From Parasynechococcus marenigrum WH 8102 (GTDB lineage Bacteria; Cyanobacteriota; Cyanobacteriia; PCC-6307; Cyanobiaceae), in NCBI RefSeq assembly GCF_000195975.1, contig NC_005070.1, positions 1,230,001-1,262,000 of the forward strand: a DNA stretch of 32,000 nt, read 5' to 3'. Below are positions 1-9,096 of the stretch, piece after piece. The number at the start of each line of letters is the position of its first letter. Positions within the stretch are counted from its first letter, which is position 1. A model generated the notes under the pieces. That model did no database searches, was not told where the DNA came from, and saw only the letters and a program-made list of their open reading frames with translations. The position numbers were made by a program, and so were the translations under genes.

Positions 1-2504
1 ACGGGAACATCAATGCCAGCGTCGTTAAACGCCTTGAGGTTGTCCTTCATGAATGCCGTGGACTTCACCAGCAGACCACTCATGGCAATGCAATCAGCCT
101 GGTGTTCGTGCTGGGCTTCCACAATCGCTTCACAGCTTTGTTTGATTCCGAGATTGACCACCTCGTAGCCGTTGTTGGTGAGGATGATGTCCACTAGGTT
201 CTTGCCGATGTCATGGACATCGCCCTTCACGGTGGCGATCAAGAACTTGCCCTTGCTCGTGCTTTCGCCTTCTGCTGTTTCCATATGAGGTTCCAAATAA
301 GCCACAGCAGATTTCATCGTCTCGGCGCTTTGCAGTACGAAGGGGAGCTGCATCTGGCCGCTGCCGAACAATTCACCCACCACCTTCATGCCATCCAGTA
401 GGAAGGTGTTGATGATCTGCAGAGGTGGATAGGCCTGCAGCGCCTCGTCGAGGGAGGGCTCTAGGCCGATGCGCTCTCCATCAATGATGTGCTGCTTGAG
501 CCGTTCTTCAATCGGCAGATCGGCCAGCGAGGGGCCTGAAGCCCGGGCTTCCTTGGCGCTGACGCCCTCGAACAGCTTGGTGAGTTCGGTGAGCGGGTCG
601 TAAACGCAGATTCCATCGTCGAAGCGACGGTTGTCGTTGATCAGATCACGGCACACCGTCTGGTGCTCTTCAGTGATCTTGATCAGCGGCAGAATTTTGG
701 CAGGGCTGACGATGGCTGCATCCATGCCGGCTTCACAGCAGTCATGCAGGAAGACGGAGTTGAGCGTGATCCGTGCTGCTGGCGAGAGACCAAAACTGAC
801 GTTGCTGACCCCCAGCACCACGTGAACCCCGGGGAGGTTTTCACGGATCATGCGAATGGAGTCGACAGTGGCCTTGCCATTGAGCCGGTCTTCCTCGATG
901 CCGGTGGAAATCGGCAGCGCCAGTGGGTCGTAAAAGATTTCATGGGCCGGGATGCCGAACTCCAGGGCATCGCGATAGGCCCGCTGGGCGATGGCAAACT
1001 TTTTCTCAGCCGTGCGAGCCATGCCGTCTTCATCGATGGTTCCAACCACCACGCCAGCGCCGTAGCGACGCGCCAGCTCAAGCACCTTGAAGAAGCGTTC
1101 GTCCCCGTCCTCATAGTTGGTCGAGTTGAGGATGCACTTACCCCCAGCAACCTTGAGGCCAGCTTCCATTTTCTGCCACTCGGTGGAGTCGAGCATCAGT
1201 GGCAGGTTCACGTTGGTGACCAGACGGCTCACCAGCTGATGCATATCCTGCTCGCCATCGCGACCGACGTAGTCGACGTTGACGTCCAAAACGTGAGCGT
1301 TCTCCTTGACCTGACCCCGGGCCACGGACACCAGTCCGTCCCAGTCCTCTTCCGCCAGCAGTTCGCGCACCTTGCGGCTGCCACTGGCGTTGAGCCGTTC
1401 CCCGATGATCAGGAAGGAGTTGTCCTGTTGGTATGGGGTAACCCCGTAGATCGATGCCGCAGCCGGTTCGTAGTTGAGGGCCGGACGGACGTTCGCATCG
1501 GAGGCAGCATCGTGGCGTGAGCTGCGTAGGGCCGGTTTGAGTTCCGCCGCGAGCTCCGCCAGTGATCCGATGTGACTCGGGGTGGTGCCACAGCAACCAC
1601 CGATCACCTGCACGCCCAGATCTTCAACGAAGTGCATCAGCTGCATCTTCAGTTCCACTGGAGTGAGCCGGTAGTGGGCCACGCCACCCACGTTTTCGGG
1701 CAGACCGGCGTTGGGAATGCAGCTCACCGTGAACGGGGAGTGCTCTGAGAGGTAGCGGATGTGCTCCTTCATCTGCTCCGGACCGGTGGCGCAGTTGAGC
1801 CCGAGAATGTCGATCGGAAACGGCTCAAGAATCGACACCACGGCAGCGATGTCCGTGCCGACGAGCATCGTTCCGGTGGTTTCCATGGTCACTGACACCA
1901 TCAGCGCCCGCCGCTCACCGGAGGCTTCAAACGCTTCTTCAATGCCCTGCAGCGCGGCCTTGATCTGCAGCACGTCCTGGCAGGTCTCAACGATGAACAG
2001 GTCAACATCGCCGGCAATCAATCCTTCGGCCTGTTCCCGGAAGGAATCGCGCATCGTGTCGAAGTCGATGTGCCCCAGGGTCGGCAGCTTGGTGGTGGGT
2101 CCCATGGACCCAGCCACGAAGCGGGGCTTATCAGGGGTGCTGAATTCGTCGGCCATCTCCCGGGCCAGTTCCGCCGCCCGTTTGTTGAGTTCAAAAGCCT
2201 TGTCCTCAAGGCCGTATTCCGCGAGAACGATCGAGGCCGCTCCAAAGGTGTCTGTCTCGATCACATCGCAGCCCACTTCGAGGAACTGACGATGCACCGC
2301 TTTCACCGCCTCGGGTTTGGTGACGGCCAGATTTTCGTTACACCCCTCCAACTCAGGGCCACCGAAATCCTCGGCGGTCAGGTCGAGGCCCTGGAGGCTG
2401 GTGCCCGTGGCCCCGTCAAACACCAACACGGGCCGCTCCGGGCCGTTGAGGTGATCCAGGAAACGGGAGTTGGTGAGTTGCCGGGATGCCTGCGCCACCA
2501 CCAT
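1..2504 (-). CDS. metH: Cobalamin-dependent methionine synthase MetH, N-terminal ~834 codons (rest of gene lies left of the window)
   Basis: Absent from the ORF track because it runs off the left edge. Manual minus-strand translation from the ATG (revcomp of cat 2502-2504) gives [89 protein letters not shown], a homocysteine S-methyltransferase domain. Minus-strand translation around 183-224 gives [15 protein letters not shown] in the same frame, which is the DxHxxG cobalamin-binding signature. Confidence 0.9.
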   Translation of the reverse strand, partial: MVVAQASRQLTNSRFLDHLNGPERPVLVFDGATGTSLQGLDLTAEDFGGPELEGCNENLAVTKPEAVKAVHRQFLEVGCDVIETDTFGAASIVLAEYGLEDKAFELNKRAAELAREMADEFSTPDKPRFVAGSMGPTTKLPTLGHIDFDTMRDSFREQAEGLIAGDVDLFIVETCQDVLQIKAALQGIEEAFEASGERRALMVSVTMETTGTMLVGTDIAAVVSILEPFPIDILGLNCATGPEQMKEHIRYLSEHSPFTVSCIPNAGLPENVGGVAHYRLTPVELKMQLMHFVEDLGVQVIGGCCGTTPSHIGSLAELAAELKPALRSSRHDAASDANVRPALNYEPAAASIYGVTPYQQDNSFLIIGERLNASGSRKVRELLAEEDWDGLVSVARGQVKENAHVLDVNVDYVGRDGEQDMHQLVSRLVTNVNLPLMLDSTEWQKMEAGLKVAGGKCILNSTNYEDGDERFFKVLELARRYGAGVVVGTIDEDGMARTAEKKFAIAQRAYRDALEFGIPAHEIFYDPLALPISTGIEEDRLNGKATVDSIRMIRENLPGVHVVLGVSNVSFGLSPAARITLNSVFLHDCCEAGMDAAIVSPAKILPLIKITEEHQTVCRDLINDNRRFDDGICVYDPLTELTKLFEGVSAKEARASGPSLADLPIEERLKQHIIDGERIGLEPSLDEALQAYPPLQIINTFLLDGMKVVGELFGSGQMQLPFVLQSAETMKSAVAYLEPHMETAEGESTSKGKFLIATVKGDVHDIGKNLVDIILTNNGYEVVNLGIKQSCEAIVEAQHEHQADCIAMSGLLVKSTAFMKDNLKAFNDAGIDVP

Positions 2505-2554
2505 GTCTTCCAGTCTTTGTTGGGCCTGATCTTAGGAAAAGCTCAATGCGAACC

Positions 2555-3469
2555 TCACGCGATAGGAATTCGGGTCACCCAGTGTTCATAGGCCGTATCT
2601 CGGCCTTCGGTGATCGACACCAACCGCGTCTTCAGTGCGGTCATCACCGGTCGATCCGTGTTCATCTGCGTTGATTCGATCTGGCGGATCGGAGTGATCT
2701 TCGCTGCCGTGCCGGTGAGGAAGACCTCATCGGCGATGAACAGCTCTGTTTTGTCCACAGGGCGTTCCACTACAGGAATCTGCATGGCCTTGGCCAGTTC
2801 GATCACGCTTGCCCGGGTGATGCCCTCAAGAATGTCCTGGTCAACGCCTGGCGTGATCAGTTGACCGTCACGAACCAGGAACAGATTCATGCCGCTGGCT
2901 TCGCTGATCTTGCCGCGACTGTTCAACAGCAGAGCTTCGTCGAATCCGCTCTGGACGGCCTCGGTCTTGGCCAGAGAACTGGTAATGTAGGCCCCTGAGA
3001 TCTTGCCGCGCAGGGGGAGGGAACGGTCCTCCTGTCGCGTCCAACTGCTGATGCGGCAACTGACGCCGTCCGGTGAGAGGTAATCCCCCAGCGGCAACCC
3101 GTAAATCAGGAAGTCGGTCTCGATGTCGTGCAACCGCGGCGCGATGCCGAGATCACTGGTGTAAACAAACGGTCGCAGATAAATGGGTTGCTGCGGTTTG
3201 TTCGCCTGCAGCATCGCCGTCAACGCTTCGAGAATCGTTGCTTCGCTCAGATCAGTGAGCAGCAACCGTGCGCTTCGGCTCAACCGCCGTGCATGGCGAT
3301 CGGCACGAAACAACAGCATCGATCCGCTGCTCTGCGGATCAGGAATGGCGCGCATGCCGCCGAACGCACCTGTGCCGTAATGCAGGGCATGGGTTGCGAT
3401 GGAGATCCTGGCCTCCTCGAAAGGCACGCACTGACCCTGAAACCAGGCGTAGGGCAGGAACTGATGCAT
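2555..3469 (-). CDS. ilvE: Branched-chain amino acid aminotransferase (class IV aminotransferase)
   Basis: 304-aa ORF with ATG at 3469. The N-terminus MHQFLPYAWFQGQCVPFEEARISIATHALHYGTGAFGGMRA, the overall length and the internal GKISGAYITSSLAKTEA / GITRASVIELA blocks are typical of bacterial BCAT. Confidence 0.85.
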   Translation of the reverse strand: MHQFLPYAWFQGQCVPFEEARISIATHALHYGTGAFGGMRAIPDPQSSGSMLLFRADRHARRLSRSARLLLTDLSEATILEALTAMLQANKPQQPIYLRPFVYTSDLGIAPRLHDIETDFLIYGLPLGDYLSPDGVSCRISSWTRQEDRSLPLRGKISGAYITSSLAKTEAVQSGFDEALLLNSRGKISEASGMNLFLVRDGQLITPGVDQDILEGITRASVIELAKAMQIPVVERPVDKTELFIADEVFLTGTAAKITPIRQIESTQMNTDRPVMTALKTRLVSITEGRDTAYEHWVTRIPIA

Positions 3470-3533
3470 CGCTGGGGGAAACCCGATTGTTGAATCTTCT
3501 CACCACCGGCTGCCGCGCAAGGAGAATGAGGCC

Positions 3534-6500
3534 ATGCATCGTCTTGCCAGTTGCCCGGGCATTGATCCTCCCGAGGATTTGGTGCTCGTTGAGCAACCCC
3601 CGGCGGATGTTCTGCTTCTCTCCAGTGCAGGGACCGACCTCAGCTGCCTTGAAGCAGTGGTGCAGGCCTCCCCGGATTGGAACAGCCGAATCAGGGCTCT
3701 CCATCTCGACAACCTCAGTCATCCGGCCCAGCTCGACCACTACCTCGCTTCCACCGCGACCCAGGCTCGTTTGATCGTGGTGCGCCTGCTCGGCAGCCGC
3801 GGCCACTGGAGTTATGGGTTGGAGCAGCTCCAGCGCTGGAGTGAAGAAGTCGCCGATCGGCAATTGCTGGTGCTGGCGGGAACGGTTGATCAGCAGGGGG
3901 ATCTACGTGGGATCGGCACCGTGGTGCCCGCACTTGCGGATCGTCTTGCGGCCCTGCTGCGGGAAGGGGGCGAGACCAACATGGCCAGGCTGCTCGATGC
4001 CATTCAGGCACTGCTAGACGGAACGCCACCGGACAGCGAGGAGATCGAGGTGGCACCCCTGGCCGATCCCTTCCCCTGGGACTGGCAGGACGATCCTGGT
4101 GCCACCGTTGGAGTGGTTCTCTACCGCGCCCAGTTACAGGCCGGGGACACCGCTCTTGCGCAGCACCTGAATCAAGCCCTGCGGGAGCGTGGCCTTCGGC
4201 CTCGCCTGATCTGGGTGAGCAGCCTGAGGGACCCTGCCGTCCAGGCCGGAGTCCTCGATCTGCTCCGCAGCCAGGGCGCTCAGGTGGTGATCTCCGGAAC
4301 GGCCTTCGCCTCCGTCACCACGGAGCAAGCCGGCCTCGGCAGTGCCCTTTGGGACAGCCTGGACCGACCGGTGCTGCAGCTGCTGACCGCCGGCACCAGC
4401 CGGGAGCGTTGGCAGCAGTCCAGCCGTGGCCTGGAACCCCTGGACCTGTCGCTGCAGGTGGTGATGCCTGAACTGGACGCCCGGGTCACCACCCGCCCAT
4501 GCGCATTCCGGCAGGCACGCCCCCCCCTCAGCGGTCTCGCTACGGCGATCACGACGCAGCAACCGGATCGGGACGGCATCAACTGGCTGGTGGAGCACGC
4601 AGCCTGCTGGATTGATCTCCAGGACACACCTGCCAAGCATCGGCGGATGGCCATGGTGTTGGCCAACTATCCGGTGCGGGATGGGCGTGTGGCCAACGGG
4701 GTTGGGCTGGATACTCCGGCCAGCGTGGTCAACATCATCGGTTGGCTGGCCGACGCGGGTTATCAACTCGGCGAGCACCCCATACCCTCCAATGGCGATC
4801 GATTGATTGCGTCGTTGCTGGCGGGACGCACCAACTCAGCCGAGGGCCGTTACCGCCCCCCCCTTGATCACCTGCCGCTGGAGACCTACCAAGCCTGGTG
4901 GGACACCATTCCAAGCGAGGCCAAAGCACGGATCGTCAGCCGCTGGGGAGAGCCGCAGCAGGCCTGTGATCTCGATGGGGAGCGTGGGTTTGCCATTCAT
5001 GGTTTGCGCTATGGCCATCTGGTGGTGCTGCTGCAGCCGGATCGGGGCTATGACCCGGATCAGATCGCTGATCTGCATTCGCCGGACCTGCCGCCACCGC
5101 ACCGCTACTTGGCTCAGTACCTGTGGTTGCGAGAGGTCCATGGCAGCCAGGTGATGGTGCATGTGGGCAAGCACGGCAGTGCTGAATGGTTGCCGGGCAA
5201 AGGGGTGGGTCTCAGTGCGGCCTGTGGCCCCAATCTCGCCCTTGGTGCCTTGCCGCATCTCTACCCCTTCATCGTCAACGACCCAGGGGAGGGATCCCAG
5301 GCCAAACGCCGGGGCCATGCGGTGGTGCTGGATCACCTCACCCCACCCTTAGGCCGCGCCGGTCTGCACGGAGGCCTTCAGAAACTTGAGGGACTGCTGG
5401 ATGAACTGGTGGAGGCCCGACAGCTCGGTGGTGAGCGCACCCAGGTGTTGGAAACCCAGGTGCTCAGCACCCTTCAGGATCTGGACTGGCCAGAGATCCC
5501 GAGCCGACGAGAGCTGAAGAAGAACCCGGACCGACTCAACAGTTGTCTTGACCAGGCGGAAACCTATCTCTGCGAGTTGAAGGAGTCGCAGATCCGCACG
5601 GGTCTGCATCGCTATGGCCAGTGCCCAGACGACGCTGCCATGACTGAGCTGCTGATGGCCTTGGCGCGTCCACCGTTGCAGGGTCAGCCTGGCCTGACGC
5701 AATTGATGGCCCGGGAAGCTGGCTTGGAATTCGACCCCTGGTCTCAGGACGACGGAGAGTCCCTCGATCCAGCCGACCGCGCGCGATTGGCAGCGCTCGG
5801 TTGCCAGCGCTGCCGCCGGGTGGGGGATGGCAGCGCGTGGTTGGAGCAGCAGGGCTTGTTGATCCTCAGACAGCTCGTGCTCCACGAGCAGGCCGTGGAT
5901 CTGGCAACACCGTTTCGATCACTGGTGGAGACATCAGCGCCCCTGAGGCAACGCTGCCTGGAGCTGTGGAAACGCTTGCAGGCTTGTGACGAGGCAGAAC
6001 GTCAGGGACTGATGCGGGGTCTGGAGGGCCGCCGCATCGCTGCTGGTCCCTCTGGGGCCCCCAGTCGTGGCCGGCCGGATGTGCTGCCCACCGGTCGTAA
6101 TTTCTATTCCGTGGATCTCCGTGGGCTGCCGACGGAGGCGGCATGGGACCTTGGCCGCCGCTCCGCCGAACGCTTGCTGGATCTGCATCTTCAGGATGAA
6201 GGTGAACCCCTGCGCCACCTGGCTCTTTCGGTTTGGGGGACCGCCACGATGCGCAATGGCGGTGAAGATATCGCCCAGCTGCTGGCGCTGATCGGCGTCC
6301 GCCCCGTCTGGGATGGCCCCAGCAGGCGTCTGGTGGATCTAGAGGTGATCCCTGCCGATCTCCTGGGGCGACCTCGGGTGGATGTGGTGTTGCGGATCTC
6401 CGGTTTGTTCCGGGATGCGTTCCCGCAGCTGGTGAGCTGGGTGAACCAGGCACAACAGATGGTGGCCTTGCTGGAGGAACCAGAGGAGATCAACCCTCTG

Positions 6501-7262
6501 GCCAGCCTCACCCGTCGTGATGGCCCACAAGGACGAATCTATGGATCCGCCCCCGGCGCCTATGGCGCTGGGTTGCAGGCCTTGATCGACAGTGGTGCAT
6601 GGGAGTCGCGCAGGGATCTGGGTGAGGCCTTTCTGTGCTGGAGCCAGTGGCGCTACGACGGTTCAGCGGAGCCCGTTGCCGATCGCTCCGGTCTGGAGCA
6701 GGCCCTGTCGTCTGTTCAGGTTGTGCTCCACAACCAGGACAACCGCGAGCATGATCTGCTCGATTCCGACGATTACTACCAGTTTCACGGTGGCCTCAGT
6801 GCTGCAGCCGAGCAGGTGTCCGGTCAGCGTCCCCAGTTGTGGTTCGGTGATCATTCACGCCGCGAGCGCCCCCGACTGCATCGGCTTGAGAAGGAACTGG
6901 ACAAGGTGATGCGCAGCCGCATGCTCAATCCCCGTTGGATCGAAGGGATGCAGCAACACGGGTACAAGGGTGCGTTTGAGATGGGGGCGAGCCTGGATTA
7001 CCTGTTCGCCTACGACGCGGCAACCGACCGCGTCCCGGACTGGTGCTACGGAGCGGTGTGCGATCGCTGGCTGGCGGATCCCGTGAACCAGACCTTTCTC
7101 AGCGATCGCAACCCCTGGGTACTGCGGGACATGTCAGAACGACTGCTCGAAGCGTCCAATCGAGGTCTATGGACGGGCGCCAGAGAGAGTCAACTTGCTT
7201 TGCTGAAGGAATTGATCAGCAGCAGTGAAGCAAGGATCGAACGCGGTGCCCTTACTTGTTGA
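3534..7262 (+). CDS. cobN: Cobaltochelatase large subunit CobN (aerobic-type cobalamin biosynthesis)
   Basis: 1242-aa ORF. ATG at 3534 is preceded by AAGGAG (3519-3524) at 9 nt spacing. Size and blocks such as HVGKHGSAEWLPGK, PTGRNFYSVD, ISGLFRD and DSDDYYQFHGG are characteristic of CobN/ChlH chelatases. The length and N-terminus fit CobN rather than the ~1330-aa ChlH. Confidence 0.9.
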   Translation: MHRLASCPGIDPPEDLVLVEQPPADVLLLSSAGTDLSCLEAVVQASPDWNSRIRALHLDNLSHPAQLDHYLASTATQARLIVVRLLGSRGHWSYGLEQLQRWSEEVADRQLLVLAGTVDQQGDLRGIGTVVPALADRLAALLREGGETNMARLLDAIQALLDGTPPDSEEIEVAPLADPFPWDWQDDPGATVGVVLYRAQLQAGDTALAQHLNQALRERGLRPRLIWVSSLRDPAVQAGVLDLLRSQGAQVVISGTAFASVTTEQAGLGSALWDSLDRPVLQLLTAGTSRERWQQSSRGLEPLDLSLQVVMPELDARVTTRPCAFRQARPPLSGLATAITTQQPDRDGINWLVEHAACWIDLQDTPAKHRRMAMVLANYPVRDGRVANGVGLDTPASVVNIIGWLADAGYQLGEHPIPSNGDRLIASLLAGRTNSAEGRYRPPLDHLPLETYQAWWDTIPSEAKARIVSRWGEPQQACDLDGERGFAIHGLRYGHLVVLLQPDRGYDPDQIADLHSPDLPPPHRYLAQYLWLREVHGSQVMVHVGKHGSAEWLPGKGVGLSAACGPNLALGALPHLYPFIVNDPGEGSQAKRRGHAVVLDHLTPPLGRAGLHGGLQKLEGLLDELVEARQLGGERTQVLETQVLSTLQDLDWPEIPSRRELKKNPDRLNSCLDQAETYLCELKESQIRTGLHRYGQCPDDAAMTELLMALARPPLQGQPGLTQLMAREAGLEFDPWSQDDGESLDPADRARLAALGCQRCRRVGDGSAWLEQQGLLILRQLVLHEQAVDLATPFRSLVETSAPLRQRCLELWKRLQACDEAERQGLMRGLEGRRIAAGPSGAPSRGRPDVLPTGRNFYSVDLRGLPTEAAWDLGRRSAERLLDLHLQDEGEPLRHLALSVWGTATMRNGGEDIAQLLALIGVRPVWDGPSRRLVDLEVIPADLLGRPRVDVVLRISGLFRDAFPQLVSWVNQAQQMVALLEEPEEINPLASLTRRDGPQGRIYGSAPGAYGAGLQALIDSGAWESRRDLGEAFLCWSQWRYDGSAEPVADRSGLEQALSSVQVVLHNQDNREHDLLDSDDYYQFHGGLSAAAEQVSGQRPQLWFGDHSRRERPRLHRLEKELDKVMRSRMLNPRWIEGMQQHGYKGAFEMGASLDYLFAYDAATDRVPDWCYGAVCDRWLADPVNQTFLSDRNPWVLRDMSERLLEASNRGLWTGARESQLALLKELISSSEARIERGALTC

Positions 7263-7806
7263 GGTCCCGAACCATCTGGCGGAAGGGATCGATGGACCCT
7301 GGCTTGGATGAAGCTGCAGCCTGGCCGACCTTGGCTTGGGGGGGTTCCTCCGCTTTGAGGATCTCCTTACGAGCGACGGGTGCCGCGTTCGCGGCAGCTG
7401 GCGTGTTCACGGATGTCACGGCCGTGCCGCGCAGCCGCTTGTTCATCTCTTCAGTGGTGACCTGTTCGGCGAAGGTTTTCTTCACGGGCTTGGGAATGCC
7501 CGCCGTCAGATCAATCGACTCCTCCTTCGTCACCCTGTCGCCAAGACCTTCACTGCGAATATCCACGGATTCGGTTTCCGCGGCCACCGTCATGATCTGT
7601 TCCTTCGTGCCGGGGCTGTCGACGGTGCCTGGGAAGGTGCGGCGAATCGTCTTTGACTCGCGCATGTAATTCACATCTCCCAGGGAGGAGGAGGAATCAG
7701 CATCCAGGAAGAATTCGGCCGGCTTCGCCTTGGCTGGCTTGCGTGGCTTGATCGTGTTGTCGGAATCCTGCGAGTCCTTTTTCAGCAGACGATCAAAGAA
7801 GCCCAT
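7252..7806 (-). CDS. Hypothetical protein, K/E/T/A-rich and probably disordered, N-terminus MGFFDRLLKK
   Basis: 184-aa ORF with ATG at 7806, 27 nt downstream of the PHP gene stop. Hand-read codon usage matches neighbouring genes (AAG, TTC, GGC, ACG, ATC preferred). No recognisable domain. The 3' end overlaps the cobN 3' end by 11 nt (7252-7262). Confidence 0.6.
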   Translation of the reverse strand: MGFFDRLLKKDSQDSDNTIKPRKPAKAKPAEFFLDADSSSSLGDVNYMRESKTIRRTFPGTVDSPGTKEQIMTVAAETESVDIRSEGLGDRVTKEESIDLTAGIPKPVKKTFAEQVTTEEMNKRLRGTAVTSVNTPAAANAAPVARKEILKAEEPPQAKVGQAAASSKPGSIDPFRQMVRDLNK

Positions 7807-7833
7807 GTCGACCGGAACTGAGATGGGATGAAC

Positions 7834-8481
7834 TTAGCGGCCACCAAGGTCGATTCCGTGACTGTCGGTGCCACACGTACGCAAAAGGCCAAGGTTGGCA
7901 AGTTGGCGGTCGATGGCTTCACAGATCATTGGGCTGGGTGCCCACACCGTCTGCATGTCGTAGTCGTACCAGGCTTCACCACCGTCAAAACCGAGTCGAG
8001 CGGCCTCATCGATCAGCACGTCATGGCCCAGTCGATAGCGGGCTGGATGAGCCAGAACAGCCAGGCCCCCTGCGGTGTGAATCGCCTTAACCACCGCGTC
8101 AGCCCGTAGGGCCTCTCCCACCACGGAGTCGCCCCGGTTGTAGGGCTCCAGGGCCGCATGCCCTGGTTCAAACCCCAGTGCCAGCACATGAACAAGGCAT
8201 CCCTTGAGCAGGCAGCTGATCTCCATACCGGTCCACAACGTCGGCACCACGGCCCCCGCATCCCGTTGTGCCTGGAGCCAATCCGCCATCGGTTGAAAGG
8301 CCCGTGCGCTGTGGTGATCGGTCACAGCCAGATGGGAGAGCCCACGCTCTGATGCCTGGCGGATCAGCTCAAGGGGCTCCAGGCTGCCGTCACTGCAGAT
8401 CGTGTGGCAGTGGAAGTTGAAGGAGCCCGGGCAACTATCGGGACCGACATCAGCCAGAACGGAACGGAGTGGATGGCTCAT
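7834..8481 (-). CDS. PHP-domain metal-dependent phosphoesterase (COG0613, TrpH/YciV-like)
   Basis: The tracked ORF is 7834-8595, but the conserved part starts at the internal ATG 8481: MSHPLRSVLADVGPDSCPGSFNFHCHTICSDGSLEPLELIRQASERGLSHLAVTDHH. The HxH...SDG...TDHH motifs are the PHP signature. This ATG lies 1 nt after the hemJ stop (TGAGATG). The upstream extension would overlap hemJ by over 100 nt and is R/W/S-rich. Confidence 0.75.
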   Translation of the reverse strand: MSHPLRSVLADVGPDSCPGSFNFHCHTICSDGSLEPLELIRQASERGLSHLAVTDHHSARAFQPMADWLQAQRDAGAVVPTLWTGMEISCLLKGCLVHVLALGFEPGHAALEPYNRGDSVVGEALRADAVVKAIHTAGGLAVLAHPARYRLGHDVLIDEAARLGFDGGEAWYDYDMQTVWAPSPMICEAIDRQLANLGLLRTCGTDSHGIDLGGR

Positions 8482-8482
8482 C

Positions 8483-9061
8483 TCAGCTTCCTGTGACGGC
8501 CTGGGCTTCCGCCCGCAGGCGTCGCCAGCGGGCATAGAACTGAATGGACGCTGCCATGAACACCACCAACGCCACGATGAACCACGTGGCGGCACCGGTC
8601 GGGAACTGGCTTTTGAACACCACCAGCATCACCACAATCACCAACAGCAGCGTCGGCAGTTCATTGAGTGCCCGCAGCTGCTTTCCGCTCAATCGACAGG
8701 TTCCCGCCTGCAGCTGCCCCATGAGTCGATAACAAGCCACGTGATAGGCCAGAAGACCGGCCACGAAGCCCAACTTGGCGTGCATCCAACCCTGCTGCAG
8801 CCAACTTGGCTGGGCCACCAACAGGCCGATGGCCATGGACACTGCCACCACCATCCCCGGCGTCGTGATGATGTTGGCAAGGCGTTTCTCCATCAGGCTG
8901 TACTGATCGCGGAATGGCTGCTGCAGATCCTCTGCCAGCTCAGCCGTTTCGACGTGATAGATGAACAGCCGCACCAGGTAGAACAATCCGGCGAACCAGA
9001 CGACGACACCAACGATGTGAAGCGTCTTGAACCAGAGGTAGGCCTCAGGTGGGAGGGTCAT
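8483..9061 (-). CDS. hemJ: Protoporphyrinogen IX oxidase HemJ family membrane protein
   Basis: 192-aa ORF with ATG at 9061. The sequence YLWFKTLHIVGVVVWFAGLFYLVRLFIYH, followed by several hydrophobic segments and HAKLGFVAGLLAYH, matches the HemJ family (Synechocystis slr1790 type) as I remember it. Confidence 0.8.
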   Translation of the reverse strand: MTLPPEAYLWFKTLHIVGVVVWFAGLFYLVRLFIYHVETAELAEDLQQPFRDQYSLMEKRLANIITTPGMVVAVSMAIGLLVAQPSWLQQGWMHAKLGFVAGLLAYHVACYRLMGQLQAGTCRLSGKQLRALNELPTLLLVIVVMLVVFKSQFPTGAATWFIVALVVFMAASIQFYARWRRLRAEAQAVTGS

Positions 9062-9096
9062 CAGTGCAACCGCATTGGTGCGACCTTACGCAGGTC

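Noticed and set aside
663-1520. 285-aa plus-strand ORF, together with the other tracked ORFs between 213 and 2674 (both strands) that lie over the metH locus
   Set aside because: They lie within the clearly identified metH coding frame, antisense or out of frame. Their products are R/G/A/P/H-rich with no motifs. Long shadow ORFs are expected in GC-rich coding DNA.
4520-4527. C8 homopolymer tracts (4520-4527 and 4856-4863 in cobN, 22461-22468 in leuS) as possible slippage or phase-variation sites
   Set aside because: Each simply encodes Pro-Pro with the preferred CCC codon inside essential or housekeeping genes. All frames are intact and there is no contingency-locus context.
4134-6453. Several 130-215-aa minus-strand ORFs (4134-4778, 4836-5336, 5349-5885, 5866-6453) inside cobN
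   Set aside because: They are antisense to a strongly supported 1242-aa CobN frame. Composition is typical of shadow ORFs (R, G, P, A, Q rich) and no motifs were recognised.
8482-8595. N-terminal extension of the PHP-domain ORF
   Set aside because: It would overlap hemJ by over 100 nt, and the extension (MPPRGSSWRWWCSWQRPF...) is not protein-like. The ATG at 8481, right after the hemJ stop, precedes the conserved PHP N-terminus.
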